Below, piece by piece: positions 1-9,395 of a stretch of 54,568 nucleotides of DNA. The notes below the pieces were generated by a model that saw nothing but the letters and a program-made list of their open reading frames with translations, did not search any database and was not told the origin of the DNA. Origin of the DNA: Anaeroplasma sp. (GTDB taxonomy: Bacteria; Bacillota_I; Bacilli_A; Acholeplasmatales; Anaeroplasmataceae); the NCBI GenBank assembly GCA_045631605.1, contig JAZQVB010000052.1:1-54568 (forward strand), in the 5' to 3' direction. Numbering within the stretch: the first letter of the stretch is position 1; each line of letters starts with the position of its first letter. Both the position numbers and the translations under genes were made by a program.

Positions 1-140
1 AGCAGGGAAAGCACATTGAACAGGCTCAGTCTTACCACCAGCACCGTTAGTAATTGTGAATGCTGTACCTTCGTAAATAACTTTGCTCTTATCGATACCA
101 GTACCACCAGCAAGGCTTTCTGCAAAGAATTCTTCAGTTG
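1..140. repeat. Inverted repeat copy A (matches 44371-44510)
   Basis: Reverse complement of 1-140 equals 44371-44510 with 3 mismatches. Confidence 0.95.
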
Positions 141-1899
141 AAACAGTTGCAACAGTTAATGTTAATACAACAGTTTCGCAACCTTCAGCAACGAACTTAG
201 CGTAAGCTGTACCATCTTGAGCAAATGCAGCAGCAACGTCAGTAATTTCAGCAGTTAATTCAGCATCAGAATATAATGTCATTGTAACAACTGTGTCTAA
301 CTTAACAGCAGAGTTATCATCATAAATTGTATTAACGAATGCTTTATTTGTATATAAAGTAGCACCTGTAGCAATCTTAGTAGCCATATCTTCAACGTTG
401 ATTACAGTTTCCTTTTCAGCATAGTAAGAAACTACATAAGAATCAGAAACACCACTATATGTAACAACAACTGTATATTCATTAGTATCGCTTGTTGAAA
501 CAGAGAATGCATCAACCTTAGCGCCGTTTAAGAATAATTCAACTGTATATTCACCAGCAACTAATGTCTTAGATAAGTTATCGCTATCTGTAGCAACAAC
601 AGTTAAGCCTTCAGCTGTATAAACATCAGAACCATAGAATAATTTGTCAGTTGCATCAGATGTTGTAATAACAACGTCAGTAATTGTAGCGTTAGGGTTA
701 GTAACTGTAACATCATAAGATGCAGTTAATTCAGTACCATTTAAAGCAACTGTAACTGTATATGTACCTGGAGTTGTAATAGCAGTTAAAGCTTCAGTAG
801 AATCCTTAGCTGTTACTGTAACAGTGTAGTTAGCAGCGTCAACAACTGTTGGAACACCATAGTTATTAATTGACTTAACAACTAAACCAGCAGGAGATGC
901 ACAATCTAATTGGTTATCGCCAGTAGTTGCAAATTCAACATTATAACCTTCAATAGCCATATCTACGTTATCAACAACTGTATCTGCGTCAACAGAGAAG
1001 TCGAATACGAAACCGTAAATATTGATACCGTTATAAGAAGAACAAATTGTATAAGTAACACCAGCTTCAATATCAAATGTATTTACTGATAATGTTTCAT
1101 CAGTAGTCATTTGAAGAACTGATTGGTATGCGTTTCCTTCAGGATCAGTTAAAACGAATGCTCTATCTTGACCTTCAACTTGACCGCTACCTAATAAAGT
1201 TAACTTACCAGATCTAACAGCAGTAACCTTAAGAGCTGATTTAGAAGAAGTGTTAACTTGTAAACGAGTGTTATAAATTACACCATTGTGAGCATGAGCT
1301 ACAGAATTGTTAGAGCTGTCTGTAACTTGAAGTTTAGAGCTAGCACCTTCAATAGTGATATTAACTTCGTCGTTTTGAATAACAGTAACAGGATCAGCAG
1401 TATAAGTTGTATTAACTAAATTATCACCCATTGCGTCAGTTGGATAAATCTTTTGGAATACATATTGTTCTTTTTGAACTGTAACAGTATAAGTCTTTGT
1501 TGCTTCACCAACAGCAACTGTAACTGTATATTCACCAGCAACTGTAAATGTATTACCTTCTAATGCAACACCCTCAGAATTCTTAACAGTTACAACGAAA
1601 TCTGTAACAGGAAGGATATCATCATTATCATAAATAGCATTTACCTTTAAGCCTTCATAAGAGAATTCTTCGCCAATAACGAAAGTTTTCTTTTGAGTAC
1701 TTGTGTTTGCAATCATAACACCAATAACTTGAGGTGCTACTGTAGTAGGAGCTTCTGTAGGCGCAGTAGTAGGAGCTGACGTAGGAGCTTCTGTAGGCGC
1801 AGTAGTAGGCGCCTTTGTAGGTTCAGGATTGTTGCCACATGCAGCTAAAGTAACTACAGCAGCAGCTAAAATAGAACCTAATAATAATTTCTTTTTCAT
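1..1899 (-). CDS. Large surface lipoprotein (partial, continues beyond window start) with Pro/Thr linker, bacterial Ig-like repeats and CBM-like beta-sandwich modules
   Basis: Not in the ORF track because it has no stop in the window. Manual translation: MKKKLLLGSILAAAVVTLAAC (lipobox LAAC) GNNPEPTKAPTTAPTEAPT..., Ig-like KTFVIGEEFSYEGLKVNAIY...GEYTVTV, ending FFAESLAGGTGIDKSKVIYEG at the window edge. GAGGA RBS upstream. Confidence 0.85.
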   Translation of the reverse strand, partial: MKKKLLLGSILAAAVVTLAACGNNPEPTKAPTTAPTEAPTSAPTTAPTEAPTTVAPQVIGVMIANTSTQKKTFVIGEEFSYEGLKVNAIYDNDDILPVTDFVVTVKNSEGVALEGNTFTVAGEYTVTVAVGEATKTYTVTVQKEQYVFQKIYPTDAMGDNLVNTTYTADPVTVIQNDEVNITIEGASSKLQVTDSSNNSVAHAHNGVIYNTRLQVNTSSKSALKVTAVRSGKLTLLGSGQVEGQDRAFVLTDPEGNAYQSVLQMTTDETLSVNTFDIEAGVTYTICSSYNGINIYGFVFDFSVDADTVVDNVDMAIEGYNVEFATTGDNQLDCASPAGLVVKSINNYGVPTVVDAANYTVTVTAKDSTEALTAITTPGTYTVTVALNGTELTASYDVTVTNPNATITDVVITTSDATDKLFYGSDVYTAEGLTVVATDSDNLSKTLVAGEYTVELFLNGAKVDAFSVSTSDTNEYTVVVTYSGVSDSYVVSYYAEKETVINVEDMATKIATGATLYTNKAFVNTIYDDNSAVKLDTVVTMTLYSDAELTAEITDVAAAFAQDGTAYAKFVAEGCETVVLTLTVATVSTEEFFAESLAGGTGIDKSKVIYEGTAFTITNGAGGKTEPVQCAFPA

Positions 1900-1944
1900 A
1901 TTTTTTTTCCTCTTTCTTTCGAATTTTTTGCTGAAAACATTTAT

Positions 1945-2010
1945 TGAAAACGTTCACAGCATATATATGTTCATTATAGCACAGAAAAAAAAGGATGTAA
2001 AGCGTATACA
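1945..2010 (-). promoter_or_regulatory. Sigma70 promoter (TTTACA-17-TGnTATAAT) with cre/LacI-like operators
   Basis: -35 at 1996-2001, -10 at 1973-1978. TGAAAACGTTCACA at 1945-1958 fits the cre consensus TGWNANCGNTNWCA. A second imperfect site TGTAAAGCGTATACA at 1996-2010 overlaps -35. Confidence 0.6.
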
Positions 2011-2033
2011 TATAATTTTAATTATATGGAAAG

Positions 2034-2062
2034 AAAAAAGATGGTTTTTTCAAACCACCTTT
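2034..2062 (-). terminator. Intrinsic terminator after CE8 lipoprotein gene
   Basis: aaagatggttt/aaaccaccttt imperfect hairpin with an adjacent A-run (U-tract on minus strand). Confidence 0.55.
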
Positions 2063-2069
2063 ACAAAAA

Positions 2070-4787
2070 TTAATTTAATTGAGGACTCCAGCTATCAGGA
2101 TATGTAACATTTCCGTTAGTTGAACCAAAAATAACGCTAAAGTCATTATATTTTGAAGCCTCTGCTTCAGTAAGAATCCTACATCCGTCGATTGCTTCTG
2201 TGATTGCACCAGCACCGGTATTGTTATATTCTGTGAATTGAACAGAAGGGATAGTTACTGAGCAGTTCATAGAAACATATCTTGGAGAAACAGTTGCTGA
2301 TTTACTAATATGGTTGCCTAAATTTGAATTCATAACCATAACGGCGGCCGCCTCACCCCATGTTCTACCAATTGCAGTACCTTCAGCAGCAACATCACTA
2401 TCACAAGTGAAATTACAAGCGTCAAAGATTGCGCCATACTTGATATCATCTGTACCAATATTCTTATTTAAACCCTTAAATGCAGTAATATAACCATTCT
2501 TACCACCGATTGAGCGAATTTCACATTGATAGAAATAAGTAGTATTATTTGTACCAAAAATGAAGTCTGTAATACCGGCAATATATGTATTTGAAATATA
2601 TTGTCTACCTGTAAATAGCTCAAGAGTATCTTGGTAGCCTAACAACGAACAGTTATCCATAATAAATTTATCAGATTGAACTAATAAAGCTAAAGCTCTA
2701 TGCTCAGAATATTTTTCGCCTAAATCCTTATCGAAAATTTCTTGACAATTCCAATAGTTAGATAAAGTTAAATTCTTCATAGTACAATTTATTGCAGTAT
2801 CTCTTACTGAAATTGTAGGAGTTGAATCTGTTGTATGAACAAAGCCAGTTACATCAGCAATACCATATAACGCATCGTATTCAATAATTGTAGCTGCATT
2901 ATATGCTGCTGCATCATAATTATCATCCTCTTCGTGTGTAGCGATACAAGAACCAGCACCAACAATTGTTAAATTAGGAGTAACAATTTCTAATTTTTCG
3001 TTATAATAACCAGCACTAATTTTTAATAACTTTTGAATGTTGGCATCTAAGTTGCAATTTTCAATGAATTCTAATGCATTTTGAATAGTAGAGAACATAT
3101 TATATCCATCTACTATTGCAGCATTTTGTCCATTGTATGATTTGTCTACACAAACTTGAGCAACTCCATTTACCATTGAAATTGGAGTATCAACAACCTC
3201 AACTATAAATGAATTAGTAATCCCTTCTTTAAAAGATAAACCGATATTAATTTCGTATTTACCAGCCTTTGTTGAATCAAATTGAGAAGAATCAATAGTA
3301 TAACCGCCAGTAAGCTTAAATTCTTTTTGAGAATTATCTTCTGGATGAGAAGTAATAATCTTAACTGTTAAATAGCTTGGATCAAACTCTTGGTTAATTG
3401 CATAAATTTCCTTAGTTAACCCGGTAATATAACGGCCGTTATCTACATATGAATTTTGAGAAGATTTAAATGTTCTATTAAAATACAAATTAATTTCATC
3501 TACACTGTAAACATAAACATTAAATGTTTGAGCCTCATAATTTTTATATTTAACTGTTACAGGATATACACCTGCAGTTTTCTTAACGGCAGAATAATCT
3601 ATAGATAAATTAGCATTATCGCTAGCCAATTCGCTTGTTCTACCATTTGCATAGCAATTGCTTACGATTAGGTTTGTAGGCTTATATTTTTGTCCTTCAA
3701 AAATTTCAACATTACCAGTGTTTGTAATTTCGAAGCCTGTTTCAGCTGCACGCTCTAATGTAGAGGTTACTCGTACATAATAAATAAACAATGTACCAGT
3801 ATTTCTATTAATATGATATGTACCAGCATCAAGCTTTTCAACAATCTTACATACAGGATTTCCAGCAGGATAATTACCAACAGCTGAAGAACCAGAAATT
3901 TTTACAGTCTTTGATTTTCCACCACTTAGATTTTTTAACATTACATCCTTATCGGCAGAGCCAGAAGAGCCGTTTTGTGCAAAAATTTCAACTACCGCAT
4001 CACCTTGAATTGTAAATTGAATTCCGGTATTGTTATCACCAATTCTAATCACCTTTGAGAACGATAATGAATTAGTACCATCTGTCCATGATGCGCTTCT
4101 TTCGGATACCTCGGTAGATTTAACAATTTTAAATCCGTTTTTAAAAATATCGTTATCGCCATCAACTCCAACAGATAATGCATTAGAAATATCTAAATTA
4201 GCTTCAGCAAGCTCATAGCCTAATTCAGGAGCTTCTTCCCATCTTGCGTATAAAGTAATATCGCTAGTTAATTCTGTACCTCTATTTAATTGGTTATAGC
4301 ATAAAGTATCTGTAAACCATCCTAAGAAAGTATAACCAGTACACTTTGGTGTAGGCAAAGAACCAATAGTTGAAGCATTTATGCTATCAACCGTTACAGA
4401 AGATTGATTTGTAACAAAAGAAATTTTATAGCACTTATTAAATTTGGCATATAAATTTATGTTTCCATTTACCGCCTCAGCAAAATCAAATTCAGAGAAT
4501 TCATTTAAATCAGCCTCAGTAAACCATCCTTCAAAAGAATAACCATCCTTAACAGGATCCGTAGGCTTAGAAATTAATCCATTTTGAAGCTCTACACTTG
4601 TATATAAATTATCACCATCATAAAAATATGCTGTATCTACAAGCGGAGCTGTAGTTGTAGGTGTCTCAGTTGGTGCCGTAGAAGGCGCTGTAGTAGGGGC
4701 TGTAGTTGGATTTTCAGAGCCGCCACATGCAGTAACACCTAAAAGTAACCCTAATAAAATTAAAGAGCTAATCTTTTTAATTTTCAT
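2070..4787 (-). CDS. Lipoprotein pectin methylesterase (CE8) with InlB-B/Flg_new repeats, CBM-like and Ig-like domains
   Basis: Lipobox VTAC; PTTAP linker; two K.GY.F.GW...LYA repeats; CE8 motifs STIQNAL, GYYNEKL, GYQDTL, DFIFG, IGRTW, FTEYNNTGAG. Confidence 0.88.
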   Translation of the reverse strand: MKIKKISSLILLGLLLGVTACGGSENPTTAPTTAPSTAPTETPTTTAPLVDTAYFYDGDNLYTSVELQNGLISKPTDPVKDGYSFEGWFTEADLNEFSEFDFAEAVNGNINLYAKFNKCYKISFVTNQSSVTVDSINASTIGSLPTPKCTGYTFLGWFTDTLCYNQLNRGTELTSDITLYARWEEAPELGYELAEANLDISNALSVGVDGDNDIFKNGFKIVKSTEVSERSASWTDGTNSLSFSKVIRIGDNNTGIQFTIQGDAVVEIFAQNGSSGSADKDVMLKNLSGGKSKTVKISGSSAVGNYPAGNPVCKIVEKLDAGTYHINRNTGTLFIYYVRVTSTLERAAETGFEITNTGNVEIFEGQKYKPTNLIVSNCYANGRTSELASDNANLSIDYSAVKKTAGVYPVTVKYKNYEAQTFNVYVYSVDEINLYFNRTFKSSQNSYVDNGRYITGLTKEIYAINQEFDPSYLTVKIITSHPEDNSQKEFKLTGGYTIDSSQFDSTKAGKYEINIGLSFKEGITNSFIVEVVDTPISMVNGVAQVCVDKSYNGQNAAIVDGYNMFSTIQNALEFIENCNLDANIQKLLKISAGYYNEKLEIVTPNLTIVGAGSCIATHEEDDNYDAAAYNAATIIEYDALYGIADVTGFVHTTDSTPTISVRDTAINCTMKNLTLSNYWNCQEIFDKDLGEKYSEHRALALLVQSDKFIMDNCSLLGYQDTLELFTGRQYISNTYIAGITDFIFGTNNTTYFYQCEIRSIGGKNGYITAFKGLNKNIGTDDIKYGAIFDACNFTCDSDVAAEGTAIGRTWGEAAAVMVMNSNLGNHISKSATVSPRYVSMNCSVTIPSVQFTEYNNTGAGAITEAIDGCRILTEAEASKYNDFSVIFGSTNGNVTYPDSWSPQLN

Positions 4788-4801
4788 AATTTTCCTCCTT
4801 T

Positions 4802-4853
4802 AGAAAACGTTTTTTACAAAAAATAGTATAGCATACAAACAATATTTAGTAAA
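4802..4853 (-). promoter_or_regulatory. Sigma70 promoter (TTTACT-17-TGnTATACT) with GAAAACGTTT operator-like site
   Basis: -35 at 4848-4853, -10 at 4825-4830, GAAAACGTTT at 4803-4812. Confidence 0.55.
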
Positions 4854-4854
4854 G

Positions 4855-4891
4855 AAAAAAGCACTATATCTAATTTTGGTTATAGTGCTTT
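4855..4891 (-). terminator. Intrinsic terminator after pectate lyase gene
   Basis: aaagcactata...tatagtgcttt inverted repeat with A-run. Confidence 0.65.
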
Positions 4892-4896
4892 AAATA

Positions 4897-7467
4897 TTAA
4901 TATTGTATAGAAATTAAATAGAAATCAATGCTTGAATTCGTTGAAGAAATGAAATAATTTCCGGCCTCAACCGTATTAAATGTATAGCTTTGAATAGATC
5001 CTGTTGTTGCAGATGCTTTTTCAATTTGTTCACCAGTGGATAAGCATAATTCAGGTGTTCTTCCTGTTGAGCCACTTCTATAATATATAGTTATTTGTGC
5101 TGCTTTAGCTGTAGAAAAATATATTCTTCTATAATCATCGCCATCAGCTCCACCAACATTTACAAGCTTAGTAACTGATTGTCCATTAATAGTTTCATTA
5201 CATTCATAAACTGTTATATTTTTTGTAGATGTTGCAGTAATATAATATAAGCTTTCATTTATATTAGATGAAACTGCTCCGGCAGATAAAGAATTAAAAT
5301 TAATAACATAAGAGCTATTAATATCTCCAGGAGTTATAGGAGTGGATGTAGAAGGTGTAGTTGAAGCAGATGGAGTAGTAGTTTGCTCTGGCTCACTAGG
5401 TGTAGCTGGTGGCTCAGGATTTTGAGAAGAGCTATCATTGTTAACTCCACTAAAAGAACCGGCTAACGATCCAGCAGTATTTTTAACAAAAGCAGCTACA
5501 TCCTCTACATTTGTCATAATTTCTACATTAGATTTTTTATTTACAGAATCATAATAAAATTGAGTTGAATTTGTATCAAAATCATTACAAAACACATTTG
5601 AATTTGTAACGATTTGATCTCTAGCTGACACAACAGTGCCTCTAACGTTATTGCTATTTATTGTTAAGCAATTCCAAAGCTTAACAGCTCCGCCAGATTG
5701 AATATCTATTGTATTTTTACAGTCTTCAAATACTGAATTTTCAATAAATGCGTATGCGTTAGCACGGATAGACATATTTGTTCCGCTTGATTTATAGTAA
5801 TAATTGTTATACATATGCATATTTGCTTGTCTACCTAAAGGTAATCTAGATGAGCATTGATCATAAAAATTATGATGGAAAGTCACATTAGCTGTTGTAA
5901 CTGAATCGTCGCCACCGACTAAACCGGTTTTGTGATTTTTATAATAATGATTATATGAAATAGTTAGATTTTTATTACCTTTTAAATCTGTCGCCCCGTC
6001 GCCCTCGTGCTTATCTTGCTCGCCAGTAACATCCCAATAATTAATTCCCTCGTTAAAAGTATTATGATGGATCCAAATGTTACCTGTTTTAAATGATGAA
6101 ATAGAAGAAACGCTAGTTTCGCTTCCTTCAAACGAGCAAGCATCCTCAGTATAATCATCAAATATTAAATTTCTTACCTCTATATATGAACAATTTTTCC
6201 AAGTAAATCCCCATTGGAAAATCATCGCGTTAGGACCAACACCCTCAAGTGTTACATTTTTCGCATTAGAAATGTCACACATATTCCAATAAGAATCATA
6301 TTCAGATGAAGAATATTTTAATTTGTTTGTAAGATTATTTAATTTAGAATAAACAGATTCGTTAAGAGTATTAACGCCCTTACTTATAATATCTGATTCA
6401 TTTAATGATGACTTTATAACGTTTCCGTTTTTATCTTTTATTGCTTGTTTAGCTAAAGGATCGCCATTATATTCTATTCTGTTCCACGTTGCGGCACCAA
6501 CAGTACCAATAATTCGTACAACAAGAGGAACGTCAGAATATCTTTGAGCTTGTAAAATAGAAACAATACCAGTATACGATTTACCATTAATTGTTGCAGT
6601 AACTGTATTTTTGTTAGTTTCAGAAACATAAACAACAATAGCGTTATTTTTTAGTGTGCCATCATTGTTATAAGCACCAACACCAGTAGATGTATTAAAA
6701 TGAGCATATCCCGAACGGTCAAACTTTGTAACAACTAATTCATCGGTTTCTGCAGAAAGTATTAAATTATTTATTTTAGACTCTACTTTAAATTTATAAC
6801 TGCCTGCAACAAGGCCTAAAACATCACATCTAATTGTTCGATTATCAAATCTTATTAGTTCTTTGTCGATAGGTAAATATGTTGAACTTGAAGAAGGTTT
6901 ATATGTAATTGTATAATTTGACGTACTAAATAAGTTGCCAATAGTTTTAAATTCTATAGCCATTCCCTCGTTATATCCATACGCTTTAGTAAATTCGATT
7001 TTTAAATCTTCTACCTTAATTTCTTCAAACTTCGCATATAATGTCATTTGGGAAGTAATTGGTGTTGTCGTATCAAATAAGGTTAAATAATCTTTATTAG
7101 TAAACCAACCAACAAAGGTATAATTATCTACATAAGGATCAGTTGGCAATTCAACGAAACTGCCAGCCTCTACAGCAAATTCATTGTAAATTTCACCATT
7201 AACAACGAAATAAACGCTATATTTAGCCAACGTAACAGTTGGTTCAACTGTTGTAGAAGGCTTGGTGTTAGTATTAGGTGTAGTTGTGCTTAAAACAGTT
7301 GTCGGCTCCTCTATATCAGTTGTAGGAGTATTAGTTGATGGAACAGTTGTCGGTTCCACAACGCCTGTTGTAGGGTTATTGGTTGCCGTCTCTTTTGGTG
7401 TAGTACAAGCAGAAATTAAGAAAACAATGCTTAAGCATCCACATAAAAATATTTTTTGAAAATTCAT
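4897..7467 (-). CDS. Lipoprotein pectate lyase (PL1) with InlB-B repeat and C-terminal CBM77-like module
   Basis: Lipobox ISAC; Pro/Thr linkers; PL1 motifs NIWIHHNTF, DGATDLK, TISYNHY, TFHHNFY, SRLPLGR; C-terminal VGG...RRIYFSTAKAAQITIYYRSGSTGR module. Confidence 0.88.
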   Translation of the reverse strand: MNFQKIFLCGCLSIVFLISACTTPKETATNNPTTGVVEPTTVPSTNTPTTDIEEPTTVLSTTTPNTNTKPSTTVEPTVTLAKYSVYFVVNGEIYNEFAVEAGSFVELPTDPYVDNYTFVGWFTNKDYLTLFDTTTPITSQMTLYAKFEEIKVEDLKIEFTKAYGYNEGMAIEFKTIGNLFSTSNYTITYKPSSSSTYLPIDKELIRFDNRTIRCDVLGLVAGSYKFKVESKINNLILSAETDELVVTKFDRSGYAHFNTSTGVGAYNNDGTLKNNAIVVYVSETNKNTVTATINGKSYTGIVSILQAQRYSDVPLVVRIIGTVGAATWNRIEYNGDPLAKQAIKDKNGNVIKSSLNESDIISKGVNTLNESVYSKLNNLTNKLKYSSSEYDSYWNMCDISNAKNVTLEGVGPNAMIFQWGFTWKNCSYIEVRNLIFDDYTEDACSFEGSETSVSSISSFKTGNIWIHHNTFNEGINYWDVTGEQDKHEGDGATDLKGNKNLTISYNHYYKNHKTGLVGGDDSVTTANVTFHHNFYDQCSSRLPLGRQANMHMYNNYYYKSSGTNMSIRANAYAFIENSVFEDCKNTIDIQSGGAVKLWNCLTINSNNVRGTVVSARDQIVTNSNVFCNDFDTNSTQFYYDSVNKKSNVEIMTNVEDVAAFVKNTAGSLAGSFSGVNNDSSSQNPEPPATPSEPEQTTTPSASTTPSTSTPITPGDINSSYVINFNSLSAGAVSSNINESLYYITATSTKNITVYECNETINGQSVTKLVNVGGADGDDYRRIYFSTAKAAQITIYYRSGSTGRTPELCLSTGEQIEKASATTGSIQSYTFNTVEAGNYFISSTNSSIDFYLISIQY

Positions 7468-7479
7468 ATGAAAACCTCC

Positions 7480-7521
7480 TTGAAACGATACAATTATATT
7501 TTATTTAATTAAATATGTAAA
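7480..7521 (-). promoter_or_regulatory. Sigma70 promoter (TTTACA-17-TATAAT) with CG-centred palindrome over the start site
   Basis: -35 at 7516-7521, -10 at 7493-7498, TTGAAACGATACAA at 7480-7493. Confidence 0.5.
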
Positions 7522-7585
7522 GTTGAAAATAGTTTCATTTATGATACAATTATATTGTAAATATTTACAGAAAGGACTGATAAAT

Positions 7586-8797
7586 TTGTTTACAAAATTA
7601 GATAGAACTAAAGTATTTAGTGATCCTTTATATGGATATATCTCTGTTGATTATAAAATTATTAGTGATTTAATAGATTCTAAAGAGGTGCAAAGGCTTA
7701 GAAGAATTAGACAACTAAGCGGTGTTTGTATGGTGTTCCAAACAGCCGAGCACTCTAGATTTACTCATTCTTTAGGCGCATATCAAATGGCTAATTTGGT
7801 TTGTCAAAATGTTGAGGGAATGGATGAAATAACAGAATATGAAAAGCTTGTATTTTTATGCTCTGCATTATTACATGACATAGGACATGGTCCGTATTCT
7901 CATGCATTTGAGCACACAATGGAGGCAGATCATGAGGAAATGACGGTTAAGATCATTTTAGATAAATCAACTACAGTTAATAAGGTTCTTTCAATATCTG
8001 AAACATTAGCTGAGGATGTTGCGTCAGTTATTTCTCATAGCTCAAAATTCCCGTTAATAGAATCTTTAATATCATCACAGCTAGATGTTGATAGAATGGA
8101 CTATTTATCAAGAGATGCCTATTTTACAGGCGCCGAATATGGCTATATTGATTATTTAAGAATTTTAAGAAGCATGAAAATAGTTAATAGAAAACTATGC
8201 GTAAGAGCAAGCGGCATTCACTCAATAGAATCATATTTAATGAGTAGATATCACATGTATTTCCAAGTATATTATCATCCAATTTCTAGAGCATATGAAT
8301 GCTTACTTGAGGGAATTTATTCAAGAGTTAAGGATTTAGCTAAGGCTGGAATTAAGGTAGAAGGCTCTGTTGATGCATTCCTAAAGGTTTTAAATAATAA
8401 TGATGATATTCAATCATATATTGAAATTGATGATGCATATGTTAATGGATTTATTAAGCAATTTACAAAATCTGAGGATCCAGTATTAAATAAATTAGCA
8501 AATGCATTTGAAAATAGACACCTATTCTCGTTTGTTGATTTAGCAAACGAGCCATCTGAGGAATTTTTAAAACAGCTTGAGGAAAAATATAATAATGAGG
8601 AAAATAAATATTATTATATTAAGGCTTCTGTATCTGCGGTTGCATATTTACATAGCAAGAAAAGTGATATTAATGATATAAAGGTGCTACTTCCAGATGG
8701 AAGAATTAAATCATTAGATCAATATTCTAGAGTCGTTAAAAGCCTAGCAACATCAAGCAGTAAAACAGTAGATAGAATATATTATTTTGAAGATTAA
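7586..8797 (+). CDS. HD-domain dNTP triphosphohydrolase (YwfO/SAMHD1-like)
   Basis: QRLRRIRQL, AEHSRFTHSLG, LLHDIGHGPYSHAFE, LDVDRMDYL. TTG start at 7586 after AAAGGA is preferred over the ORF-track start 7523. Confidence 0.88.
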   Translation: MFTKLDRTKVFSDPLYGYISVDYKIISDLIDSKEVQRLRRIRQLSGVCMVFQTAEHSRFTHSLGAYQMANLVCQNVEGMDEITEYEKLVFLCSALLHDIGHGPYSHAFEHTMEADHEEMTVKIILDKSTTVNKVLSISETLAEDVASVISHSSKFPLIESLISSQLDVDRMDYLSRDAYFTGAEYGYIDYLRILRSMKIVNRKLCVRASGIHSIESYLMSRYHMYFQVYYHPISRAYECLLEGIYSRVKDLAKAGIKVEGSVDAFLKVLNNNDDIQSYIEIDDAYVNGFIKQFTKSEDPVLNKLANAFENRHLFSFVDLANEPSEEFLKQLEEKYNNEENKYYYIKASVSAVAYLHSKKSDINDIKVLLPDGRIKSLDQYSRVVKSLATSSSKTVDRIYYFED

Positions 8798-8858
8798 ATA
8801 ATAAAAAACTCTGACTATTATATAGGAAAGAGTTTTTAATTTTGAAATGGAGTATTAT

Positions 8859-9395
8859 ATGGAAGATATAATAATTGTTGAGGGAACACATGATGTTATT
8901 AAAATAAAATCAGTATTTCCTAACGCCGAATGTGTAATTACAAATGGTAGCGAAATAAGTAATGAAACATTAGGATTAATAAAGAAATTAAGCGAAAGCT
9001 ATGGAATTATAATATTTACTGATCCAGATTCTCCTGGGGAAAAAATCAGAACCACAATTCAAAATTTAGTTCCAGAGGCTAAGCATGCCTTTTTAAGAAA
9101 AAAGGATTGTATTAGTGATAATAAGAAAAAGGTTGGAATTGAGCACGCCTCGAAAGAAGCAATTGAGGAGGCTCTTTCAAATATTTATGCCCCATTAAAT
9201 CTACCAGATACAATAGGTATAATAGATTTATATGAATTAGGCCTTAATGGAAGTAAGGATAGTTCAATATTAAGAGATAAAATCTCTGATTATTTAAACA
9301 TTGGAAAGCCCAATTGTAAAACGTTCTTAAAAAGATTAAATTTATTACAAATAACAAAGGAAAAATTGGAGGAGATAATATGCAAGGTAAAATAG
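8859..9395 (+). CDS. rnmV: Ribonuclease M5 (TOPRIM)
   Basis: IIVEG..D, IFTDPDSPGEKIR, GIEHAS; directly upstream of rsmA. Confidence 0.92.
   Translation: MEDIIIVEGTHDVIKIKSVFPNAECVITNGSEISNETLGLIKKLSESYGIIIFTDPDSPGEKIRTTIQNLVPEAKHAFLRKKDCISDNKKKVGIEHASKEAIEEALSNIYAPLNLPDTIGIIDLYELGLNGSKDSSILRDKISDYLNIGKPNCKTFLKRLNLLQITKEKLEEIICKVK

Noticed and set aside
1985-1992. A8 tract in the promoter spacer as a phase-variation switch
   Set aside because: Eight-base A/T runs are common in this AT-rich sequence; no evidence of length variation without reads.
1823-2107. Short ORFs 1823-2011 (-) and 1829-2107 (+)
   Set aside because: They overlap the start, promoter and terminator region of the real lipoprotein genes and have no plausible protein features.
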